Of a DNA stretch of 64,000 nt, positions 1 through 10,432 are shown piece by piece; position 1 is the stretch's first letter; every line of letters starts with the position of its first letter. Source of the DNA: Neodothiora populina (lineage: Eukaryota); the NCBI RefSeq assembly GCF_041146345.1, contig NW_027191411.1, positions 1 through 64,000 on the forward strand, written 5' to 3'. The notes beneath the pieces were generated by a model. The model was not told the origin of the DNA. It saw nothing but the letters and a program-made list of their open reading frames with translations, and did no database searches. A program made the position numbers and the translations under genes.

Positions 1-1781
1 AGATCCATGACTAAGACTAAATAAAGATCCTTAAAGTCACTTTAAACAGAAAGCTCTAAATAGACAGCTATATCGAGAAAGTAGCGACAGCAGCCACAGT
101 TAAGTGTCTAACGCTAGCGAGACTAAAGGGTATACGCTTAAACCAAATACGGCAGCTGTATCGCTTAGTAATTATACCTACTACGGACTACGCAGCGTCC
201 TCCTAGTTCAGCAGAGGCAAGTAAGGAACAGAACGACACATTAATAAACTACAGCGAGTTTAGAAGCTAAGAGCCTAACTTGTAATAAGGTCTTTAAACA
301 AGTGTCAGCAGCAGTCCTCGAGGCAGAAGCCTCCCTCGAACTAATAACAGACAGACTAGTAAGGAAGGTAGCTAAACACCTGCAGACCATCTTCACAGCA
401 GAGGAGGACAATCTAGCGTAGTTAAGTATCCGTTACATTAAATTTAAAGGAGAAACATAGTAGTCCTTACTACACGGGACTTAGCGGCAGCATAAAGCGA
501 GATATACTTTAAAGAACAGCCCGACACAAATACCACTACAGCCGTGGATAGCACCTCCATAGCAAGACCGGTCCACTTAGTGCGTTGCAGATATAGATGA
601 AGTAAGGAGACAGCTACGTACAGCACAGAACTACGGGCCTGTAGTTTTATATACTAACGCTTCCGTACGGAATAAGGTAAGCAGGTGTGCAGTAGTAAGA
701 AAGGTCGGTTCGTCTACATTACAAGTTGTGGACAAGGCGACTATTAGATAAACTAAGACATGCTCGGTCCTATCTACGAAGCTATAAGCAATAAAGATAG
801 CGTTAGATTATATCCTTACCTTGCACGGTCCGAACTGTAAGTATGTGATTACTACAGACAGCTAAGAGGCACTTTAAGCTATAGTGAAGGGCAACGGTAC
901 TAAGCGAAGTAAGGAAGTACTTCAAGGTACCCTCTAAACGCTTCGAGACGCTGAACAGAGTAAACTTAACGTGACCTTTGTTTAAGTACTAGCACATACA
1001 AGAAATGCAGGAAACGAATGTGCTTATTAAGCTGCCTAGACTACTACAGAGACAGGCACGAAACCATTTAGGAACTCTAACGTCCGAATTAAAAAGAGCG
1101 GAGTAGTTTAAACACTCCTTATTAAGAACCTTGCAGAACAAAGGCGTCTAGAAGCTTAGACATTAAGAACAAATAGATAAGGTTAATACACATAGAGGCT
1201 AAATGCAGCTCTCCTAAATAAGTACACGCTTAAGCTCTACAGAGCGCTAAACTCCGAGCAAGCGGGTATTCTCGTACAAGTAAGAACGAACTATATTTAT
1301 CTCTAATCCTATCTAGCAAAGATTAAAGTCGAGGAAAGTAGTAAATGCGAATGCGGGCAGGAAGACAAGACAGTAGCTTACGTGCTTCTCCGGTGCTAGC
1401 GTTAAACAAGTATACAAGCAGAACTTAAGTAGATAGCAGGGAACAGATGAAGTAAATTGTCCTTTCTACTAGGAGGGTACAGTAAGAAACGAGAAATGTA
1501 CACAGATCAGCTAGTAGATAGCCCGCTTAAGTGGTGGAGACTGAATTTGAAAATAGTGAAAGCGACGGTCCGGTTTCTTTAACAGACAACCAGGATGGCA
1601 GCTATTCCTTCACAGCAACAGGAGGGTGGCGATTAAGGAACAAGGGGCGTTAGGGTTCTTCTTTTATTATCCGGGAGGCTAAGCAACAGACAAGAAAACG
1701 AGGGAACGACATTGGACAGCTCATACGGACGATAAGACCGTGAATAGCTTGATAGACTAATCAATCAATCAATCAATCAAT
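1..1781 (+). mobile_element. RIP-degenerated non-LTR retrotransposon (Tad-like LINE), 3' part: RNase H, CCHC finger and (AATC)n tail
   Basis: Stop-riddled plus-strand translation keeps RNase H motifs (FYTNASV ~646, ITTDS*EAL ~848, VLAHTRNAGNECA ~986) and a C-terminal CECG..TVAYVLLRC finger (1346-1396; His to Tyr fits CAC>TAC). TAA/TAG codons are in excess. It ends in an AATC tandem tail at 1759-1781. Confidence 0.88.
1759..1781 (+). repeat. (AATC)5 AAT tandem tail marking the LINE 3' end
   Basis: aatcaatcaatcaatcaatcaat read directly, about 120 nt after the end of the LINE ORF. Confidence 0.85.
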
Positions 1782-2452
1782 ACTGGGTAGGTCTAACACT
1801 GCAAGCCATATCTCACGCTCGTACGAAGGACTGTCGCGGTCTGGAGTTGCAGTGAACGCTAGCAGCTCTGCACGTGAGACATCTACGAGGTATGTATTCC
1901 AGCCAGTTCTCTTTAGCTAGCGATCATCATCTCTCTCGTATAAAGGCCTGATTAAATCTCGCTGCTCTTTAAGGGCAGCTTCGTGCTTTTCGTACAGACT
2001 GTAAATGTCTCGCTCTTAGCGTCTCTGTACTGCTTAAGTGTCATTTGTTCGTACGAGAATGTAATGAGAATCTAGCCCTAAGACGAATATCCTCTAACAA
2101 GACACTATACGCCAGGGTTCTTCATTCGGATCCTGTTGCTGTCGTACGGTTTTTGATGGACGACTATGCTTTTCAAATTAAGTCCAATTATGCTTCGTAC
2201 GGAAGTGTCTTTTTAATTGATGATCAGTACAGCAGATGTATTAACATCTCTCGCTATCAAGCCTGCACTGTAGACCATGTTGCTGTAGATACAGTACAGG
2301 GTCTGCGGTACTAAACTCTGTAGGTATACTAATACGAGTATTGTTATGTCGACTTAACAACAACGTACAATAATCCTTGATCGTACGAAGGTCTTCTCCT
2401 TTGACTTTGTGCTGTTTACTCCAGTGTGTATGAACTTGGTTTAGTCGTACGC
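1782..2452 (-). pseudogene. RIP-inactivated relic of a DUF3505/OrsD zinc-finger gene, the N-terminal region typical of fungal telomere-linked RecQ-helicase-like genes
   Basis: Minus-strand translation: VRLNQVHTHWSKQH...DPVLYLQQHGLQCRLDSERC*YICCTDHQLKRHFRTKHNWT*...RP...WRIVSC*RIFVLGLDSHYILV and later R*LKRTGWNTYL. It contains in-frame stops and frameshifts. Family recognised from motif pattern only. Confidence 0.65.
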
Positions 2453-2650
2453 TGTCACGGTTTGGTCGTTAACCACCGAGACACCTGAGTTAGTATAGGT
2501 CACGTGACCTATACTCCTGACTCGTGGCTTTAACGCCGTACTTCCCTGTCCTCGACCTCGTACTGTCTTTCCTCCCTTGTCTACGTCTCGTCATATAGCT
2601 TAGACCCATATCTACGTACTGATCTTTATTCCTGACTCCGAACCCTGACA
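2453..2650. mobile_element. Retrotransposon LTR (198 bp, solo or truncated)
   Basis: Begins TGTCACGG and ends CCCTGACA (TG...CA inverted termini). Contains a perfect 24-bp palindrome AGTATAGGTCACGTGACCTATACT at 2492-2515. No matching target-site duplication is visible (TACGC vs TTACC). Confidence 0.65.
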
Positions 2651-2811
2651 TTACCTGAGACGACAGCTTATATAGGCACGAGCTTACAGATAGCTTACAA
2701 ATTAAATCAAATCGAATCAAACCTAGAGGTTGAGTAGCAGGAAATATGTTAATGAGCCGTGTAGTGTAGTAATGTTGTAATTCCTGTTCTATTCCTTAAT
2801 TGCACAAAGAC

Positions 2812-4683
2812 TTATTCTAATCTACGATGAGTAGTAAGGTCCATGTTAGAAGACTTAACACGAGCCGTGCCCTTCAATACCTTCCACAGCACATAGTTAA
2901 AGATGTAGACCACAATACCAATGTACGATGTTATAAATTTCGTGAGGTCGAAATGTGGTATGAATGCAGGGTATCCTATGTTGAGCGGTCAGCATCAACC
3001 GATCGCGATAGACGTCATCACTTGCCGTTGAACACAATAACCAAGACGGTCATAACAAGTGCGAACCAGGCGCCATAAGGTTGCAGAATATCGGTGTAGG
3101 GCATTTCGGTGCGTGAGATACCTTGACACTTCATGCCATGTCGCATGCAGAGGTAGGAACATAAGATGCTGACCCAATTTAGAGTGCCGAAAACAGTCAC
3201 CAGACTGACAAAGTACCCAAACACAGTTGAAGATGACTTGCTAACGTTGAGATAGCCTAGAAGTATAAAGAGAGAACTGAGTATCACGCCATAAAGTGGT
3301 ACCCCGGTACTTGTGGTGCGACTGAATATTCGGGGTGCTTGTCCGTCTTTAGAAAGACCAAACAGAGTGCGGGATGCCACGTAGACATCTGATACATTTA
3401 GCAAAATCACATGTTAGTGAAGGATACATGGGCTACAATACCGGAGTTCGCTGCGCTAAGCACGAAGAACAGGAGTAGAGCGTTGATGATATCCGGCATC
3501 ACGTTGATCTCAGCAAGCTTGATCGCGATCACAAATGGAGAAGCAGCTAGAAGCACAGTAATCAGTAAAGCTAGAGCCTCTATACAAGGCCGTAGAGATG
3601 TGCATACCTGCGCTGGTCTTTGCTTTTGTTGCTCCGATTAGCATTGGGTCGTTGTACGGGACGCACATTCCTAGTAAGAACACAGCGAACATGTAGAAAG
3701 TCAGTATACGAAAAAGAGTTTGCCGCACCGCTCTTGGTACAGTCTTCGCAGGGTTAGGTGCTTCGCCAAAGGCAGCGCCAACAACTTCAGTCCCTGTGTA
3801 GGCAAAGCACGCCTGGACGATGCAAGCCCAGAAACCTAAGAATTTGCCAGTAGGCCCTTCGACCAGGTACTCAGCGAATGCGCCTGGCTCTCTCCAGTAC
3901 CTGAAACCAATTCGATCGTGTTTTGGGGCCCCTCCAAGAGTGATAACTAAACACACTAGTAGCAAAGCTGCCAGCACCAAAACCTTGACAATTGAAAACC
4001 AGAACTCGGCTTCACCGAACCATCGAACATGGAATACCTACAGTCGGATTAGTCGAACGCCGAGTAAACAGCAGTGGCATAGTGGTATTGCGGGGATGAA
4101 CAGATCAGTGTAACACTTACATTCAGAGCTACAATGCAAACGCCAAATATTGTGACCCAAATGGCCACATTGAGATCAGGACGCCAGTACTGAATGATAA
4201 TTCCTGCAGCCGTGAGATTGTTTGGCAGAACAATCACATACTTAAAGAAATAGTTCCAACCAGTAGCAAATCTGTTCGTATGTCAGTAGTAATTTTGGAA
4301 GCAGCACATGGACCATACCCAAAAATCACTCACCCCAAGGCTGGGTCGGCGAACCGAGTAGCGTACCCCGCAAAACCCTTCTTCATAGGCAAGAAAGCCG
4401 CCATCTCGCCCATAGCTGTCATAACAAAGTAGACGACTATGCCAATCGCAATATACGCGACAAGTAGACTACCAGGCCCACCACGAGCAAGGCCAGAGCC
4501 GGAGCCAATGATCAAGCCGGTTCCTATGGCACAAGCAATAGCAAACATGTCTACCTGGCGAGACTTAAGACCTCTCTGAAGATCATTACCAGTGTCCTGG
4601 TTGTCGATGATTTCACCCGTCTCAAGATCATTGTCAACGACGGTAGGTGTAAAGCCTACTTGTGCCTTCGTAGCAATGTCCAT
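2812..4683 (-). CDS. Amino acid permease (YAT/APC family, Dip5-like), multi-exon
   Basis: Exons encode LQRGLKSRQ..AIACAIGTGLIIGSG, GEMAAFLP, RFADPALG, GFRYWREPGAF, FAYTGTEVVG and SRTLFGLSKDGQAP. The last exon GYPAFIPHFD...HRRLE* ends at TAA 2812-2814. Confidence 0.9.
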
Positions 4684-4917
4684 TCTTTGCGATGCGAAAA
4701 AAAAGTATTGCTTGTCGAGTAGAGACTTAAAAAAGGCGAGCGATATAGATGAACTTGAATTGATGGAGGCAGGATAGTAGCATGGGACTCATTCAGGTGA
4801 TTTACTCCAGATTATAAATGAATCGTGGTCAAGCCATGCCTCCCGTAAAACCAATTCAGTCGATGGTCAGAACATTCTGATAAGTTGCCATGCCAAGTTC
4901 AGATGCCAAGTCCCGTG

Positions 4918-4973
4918 CGGAGGTCGAAGTCCGCATAAGAAAGAAGACGCATGCGCGTGGACATTGAACTCCG
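4918..4973. promoter_or_regulatory. Two CGG-N10-CCG-type sites in the permease promoter
   Basis: CGGAGGTCGAAGTCCG at 4918-4933 and TGGACATTGAACTCCG at 4958-4973. TGATAA lies nearby at 4878. Confidence 0.6.
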
Positions 4974-5657
4974 CAGATTGGCAAAGCCAAGAATGACAGG
5001 TATCTCAGAATCCAAAGATACGCAGGCGTTTATCATAACGGTTGTCTTGTGGGTTTGTCATAGGAATCACTTTCTAGCAGGGCCAAAGTTATTTGCGCTA
5101 GGTAAAATTGTTAAGTGTGAAAAGTTTCTGGCCTTCGCGATACCATACTTCTGCTTTGTCCGTGCTAAGTGACATTCTTGAAGATGTTGATAGTGTGCAA
5201 CGATGTGGTGACGACATAATAGCTACATAGTGTTCCATCTAGAAGACTTTGAGTCCTCAACCGCGGCATCACTATGTGACCGACTCGCAACCATCGAACT
5301 CACATTGTTCCATATTACAGCATTACTTCCGAATAAAGCCCCAAGGACTAAATGATTCAGACTGTTCAAGCTACTATTCGAGTCACAGAGGTACTAGGGT
5401 ATTAGTGCTACAATTGCCAAACCCAAACCTGAAGCACTTCAATGCTTCTACAAGCCTCTTACGGGTACAAATAAGATAGCTGCTTTAGATAAGACAACAA
5501 TGGTATATAACATGGTACATCTATATGTAATGTAAGCTCATACTTGTGTCCAGTACAAATAGCCAACGAGACACATATCATAGCGGAGCCAAGGTAGTAC
5601 GAGGCCCTAGATTGTCTAATCTTTACAAGCTTTGTACAGGGTTTATCCTAGGCATAT

Positions 5658-6808
5658 CTATATTTGAAGGTCATCGAACAGGCTGTGAATCGCTGTACCA
5701 TTGAGCCCTGTAGCTAGACCCAGCTGGAGCATGATTCGTGCCTTTTGAGGTGTTAAGTGCGCACTTGGAATTCTCCATGGGTCAGAGTCGGGGTAGGGAA
5801 CAAAGCCATTCATAGCACGTGAAGCAAAGACCATAGGGATCTTGGTGCTATTCCATACGTCTCGTGCAGCGTCCAGGACGTGCTCTGGTAGATCCCCGGC
5901 TCCAGTCCCAGCAAAGACAATTCCTTTAGCTCCAAGGTTCACCGACGCTTGGATTAATCCAGGGTTACTCTCGATGTGGGCATATAGAATGTCGACCATA
6001 GGTAGAGTGGTGAGGTTCAATGGAGCAATATCAAAGAATGGCTTTCCAACTGGTTGGGCAGGCTCGTAGTAGAAGTTGGCTGCTTGATTCAAGAAGAGAC
6101 CAAGATGACCTTGCTCTCGGGCGTAAAACGCATCAGGTACATTTGCGTGATTCTTCGATACATAAAAAGCACTTGTTATGCGGCTTCAAGCTATCAGATC
6201 ATTGAATATTGACTTATTAGGGTTGGGACGTACTCATTCAGCGTTACCAAAGTACCGCGGCCTACTGCTTTGGGGTTTACGGCAAGGCTGACCGCTTGAA
6301 ATAGATTGAGAGGGCCGTCTGCTGACAATGCTGATGCTGGCCTCATTGATCCCACGACTACTACCGTCTTAGCCGACTGGGTAGTAAGATCAAGGAAAAA
6401 TGCTGTCTCCTCCATCGTGTCCGTGCCGTGAGTAATAACAACGCCTTGGGTCAGATCGCTTGCAAGCTCGCTTGTCACGCGCTGATTAAGACGAAGTAGA
6501 ACCGTACTGTTAATTGACTGGCTATCGGTATTGGCAATCGCATATCCTACGAGATTGGCGACCGATATCAATTCTGGAACAGCGTTGACGAGATCCTGGA
6601 ATGTGGCGTTTGGAGTACCATAATTGGTCGTCTGTACGGAAGTCGAACCGGACTCAGCGATCGTGCCGCCAGTGGTAAGGACAGTAACATTGGCCAAGCT
6701 TTGGTTGAAATTCATTGCAGCATCTCGAAACACGATTGGGATGTCCCTTACGGCATGTATAGTGCCAGCAAGGACAAGGATGTTGAAGAAAGATCGAAGT
6801 AAAGGCAT
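5658..6808 (-). CDS. Secreted type II L-asparaginase (2 exons)
   Basis: Signal-peptide-like MPLLRSFFNILVLAGTIHA. Catalytic motifs TTGGTIA and HGTDTMEETAFFL, plus GSMRPASALSADGPLNL. The intron GTACGT...GAAG joins LND|RITSAFYVSK. C-terminal GAKGIVFAGTGAG and LTPQKARIML. Confidence 0.93.
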
Positions 6809-7005
6809 TGAATCTGAAGATGTTTGCACGTAAGATGAAGTGAGATGAGCTATTCGCCATTTGGACGATCCATTCATATAGTGTTGATACGTTTGCACAG
6901 ACCCCATCATAGTCGAGACATCTTGCACCTTACTTCGCTCACAATCTGTGTGACATCGGTGGCTGAACGATGTCCATGATCTATTCGCTTCTGTATCTCC
7001 GCCGA

Positions 7006-7021
7006 CGGACATTGAAATCCG
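7006..7021. promoter_or_regulatory. CGG-N10-CCG site in the asparaginase promoter
   Basis: CGGACATTGAAATCCG about 200 bp upstream of the ATG, with AGATAA at 7039. Confidence 0.6.
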
Positions 7022-7596
7022 TGACAATGACGTCTTCAAGATAACTTTGTCTTCTAGAACTCGGCGCCGATTAAAGTCATGGCAGCCAAGTCTGATCAAG
7101 TTGTTGCCCCGTTTAATCGCTCCTGATCGCTTGAGGCATACTTACTCGTTGATTTCGTCCGTTCTTTGAGATGCGGAGCGCCCACGAGCCAGATAGCACA
7201 TTCGAAGGATGTGGATCACAATGTGAATGACAAGCGCGTCGTGGGATAGTCTTAGAGATCGTTCCCAATTGTATTTTAGTGTAAATACTGTATAAAACTT
7301 GTTGATGAAACTACACCCGGACTGCTTTTATCTTGTAGGCATCTTCTCAAAGGCACAAGTAGAGGAAATCATATAGGTTTGCTGTCCATGAAATACAGAT
7401 CAGCCTTGACATTTCCGGACGGGGCTGTGAATATGGCAAGATATCCCTCTTTTTGACTCGGCTCTGGACGTCGTTGCCTCCGTATCACACCATTCACGTC
7501 ACAATTGAGCCCGGTCGCTTCGACAATCACTATGCTGTTGAGAGATTGAGATCTCGAACACAAATATATGGATCTATTGCTGTGCATGGACGGACA

Positions 7597-9893
7597 TCAA
7601 AACATGCAGTCTTCAAGCGGGTGTGTGAGTGTGCCAAGGGAAAATATGAAACCGGGAAGGTTGAATGACCCGTCGAGGGGATCGCCTGTGAGATCACTAT
7701 AGCCTTCCTCCATCAAGTTGTCGGGAGGTCGGGGGTCGGTATTGGCGTGTAAAGTCGTTCCACCTGTTTCGGCCGAACGTTCCAAGCGAACCTGCGAGAA
7801 GATTAGACACATACACAGAGTTTGATTCCATCCGACATACTTCTTGATGCTGACTGGACCGATTCGGCACTTGTTCTCCCGTTGTAGAGATGTCAAGAGC
7901 TTTTGAAGAGAGCTGATCGTGGACTTGTCTCGCGAACGCCCAAGCTTGACCACACGCTCGAAGAGTCTTCAGCAATACTTGAGAACGGGCGTGGTGGTGC
8001 TCCTGAGACGATTGGAGTTCTGACCGGCTAGCCAATCTTTGGCTGCTATGGATGGCCACTGCAGTAGCATAGATCATGATGACTGGTGGACGAAAGATTC
8101 TCGATGATGACATGATTTGCCTCAGAAGCTGTGCAATGTCTTCGATCAATTCATCACTGGTCTTGTGGAACAATTTCTGCTTATCACAGTCACCGGAACG
8201 ACCTAGTAGTTCTTCGAGGACACATAATCTCAGCGAGAGATAGTACAAACTGAAAGGAACTAAGTCAATAGTTCGAACAATGAGGGACAAGGATTCTTAC
8301 TGCAGAAGGAAGACGTGATTTGATGTTGACGGCGCTTGAGATTTCCATCGATTCCATCTCAAGGTACTGTCAAGGTTATTGTGCCATCTGCAAAGCGATA
8401 AATCAAACCTTTGCAAAGCTGCGACTGTTGTTGTAGAAGACCCGCTCAAACTAGATTGTACAGTGAACACGTGTAATAGTAGTTGATGACATATCTTGCT
8501 CAACCCTCCTAAGCCCTTGAAAAAGGGTATAAGACGTGGAATCTGCTGGTCCTCGGTCTCATCCGGGAGCCATGCCATCAGCGTTACGTTGTCTCTTCGA
8601 TATGTTAGTTGATGGATCCTTTCGACGATAAATACAACTGACGGTAATTGCTCGCTCGGGCTGACTGCAGCGTCGAAATCCTGGAAAAACACAGGTCTTC
8701 CTAGTAGCAATGCGATCATGCTTGCAATCGTCAGCAGTCCGAGTCTGTAGAAAGAGGAATGCAAGATGCTTCACCTGTCAGCAGTATAGCACCCCCAGTA
8801 TATACGACGACGAATCTCCGAGTCGAGCTCCGGAATTGAGCGCCCATCCTTAGAACGCCCTGCTTGGCCATCATACTGGAGTCCGATGTCCTGTAAACTG
8901 CGAAAGGCCATACCTTGCGAAGGTTAGTGTCATAAAAATAAGGCTGGCATGTGTAAGATAACCGACCAGAAAGCAGCCAAGCTTTGGATATGTTTCCCAC
9001 GGCAAGTTCACCAAAGGCAAGGCAGAGAAATGTTTGAACAGTCGTCGAGTTGACCTCGAGTGTCTTCACAGTCGAGATGTTCGCGTATGACTTCTTCATA
9101 AAATATGTCACTCTGTTATGGTTATCGCCCTTATCAGGTATACAGCCTAAAGCACATATAGAGTAGATGAGAGCAAGAGAACAGTAGCGGCCCTGATATT
9201 CGTGGTTGAGGTAGTCGAGCAAGAGAGCTTCTCGATAGAGGAACATGTACTCAGGATATTGCCACCGGAAGAACGATCGCAGAATCTCATCGACATCTGG
9301 TTCTTCTGCATTGATGGTGCAATAAAGAGATGGTGTAGTAGACTGCTGGGTCAACGTTGCACCTCTCTGGTCGCAAACGCTCCCGAAGCGATATATGCTT
9401 GTTGGTCCTTGATACGAAGTACATGTTCGCGACGATGTGTTCAGGCGAACGTTACCCGCGCGTACCTCTCGATGTTCAATCGTAGCATTCGCATCCGGTT
9501 CCAGAGTCCGAGGTTCCTCACACACACTGAGTATACCTAGAGGGGCTGTGTTTTTGTCGGCCAAGCCGCTTGACTGTGCATCACGAAGTGCTTCCTGAAG
9601 AGACGCTATCTGTTGTTCCAGGGAGGTAACGTAATGCTTGGACACTGGTATCTTACGGCCATCTTCTTGCCTATACTCACACTCGTGACCCGCTTTCGTA
9701 CAACTGGCACAAGGAATCGTGCGAGAGCATCTTAGCTGGATTCAGTCAGTCGATACTGCTGCAAATGAGGCACAACCTCAAACCTTGCGTTGCTGGCATC
9801 TCTTGCATCTAGTCTGAGATTAGCTATCGAAGTCTCCGGACAGGAGTGGTCATACGAAATCCTGCTGTGCCTGGAAGGCTCTGCAGAGCTCAT
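7597..9893 (-). CDS. Zn(II)2Cys6 transcription factor with fungal-specific TF (middle homology) domain, multi-exon
   Basis: Spliced N-terminus MSSAEPSRHSRIS|CKRCQQRK|LRCSRTIPCASCTKAGHEC gives all six Cys. Downstream FFRWQYP..FLYREA and LLLGRP motifs. The 3' end at 7597 assumes a final intron. Confidence 0.85.
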
Positions 9894-10099
9894 TCTGCTA
9901 CGAGGTGTGCAGGGTTTGCCCGAGTCAATGGATCTACAGAGTGAGCGGATGGTCTGGGGAAACCTTCCATTGGTCGAGATGTGTGCTTAGTGCCAAGACA
10001 TGTGAAGAGGGACAAGCGGAGTTTGAACTCCGCACCAAAGAAACACTTCACGGCCTGGGAGACCGTCACAATCAGCCAAGCCATTGCAAAGCTTGAGAG

Positions 10100-10285
10100 C
10101 GGACATTGAAGCTCCGAATCTGGACTCTAACCACGCCGAAAAGCATCGGTTTTCATCCTCCGAGTGATAACATTATTAGTCAATGATTTTATTGGATAAT
10201 GCGGTAATGGGATGCACGACGCGCTGATCACATGGATCTATGAACGGAGGGCAGCGATAGTGAGGATGTCGGTCTTCATGCTCCG
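10100..10285. promoter_or_regulatory. Three related CGG...CCG sites in the divergent TF/PLP-enzyme promoter
   Basis: CGGACATTGAAGCTCCG 10100-10116 (N11). 10147-10162 reads CGGAGGATGAAAACCG on the minus strand and 10270-10285 reads CGGAGCATGAAGACCG on the minus strand. TGATAA at 10165 and 10398. Confidence 0.65.
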
Positions 10286-10432
10286 CCCTCAGTCGACAAT
10301 GACACCTGCTTACTCTGGACATCTTGGGTATGGCGTTGAGTATCCAGCAGGATGCAATATAAACATCGAATGCTCCCTCGCTTTGGCCCTTTGTAGATGA
10401 TAATCTGATCACGCTGATCGTCTGATACTACG

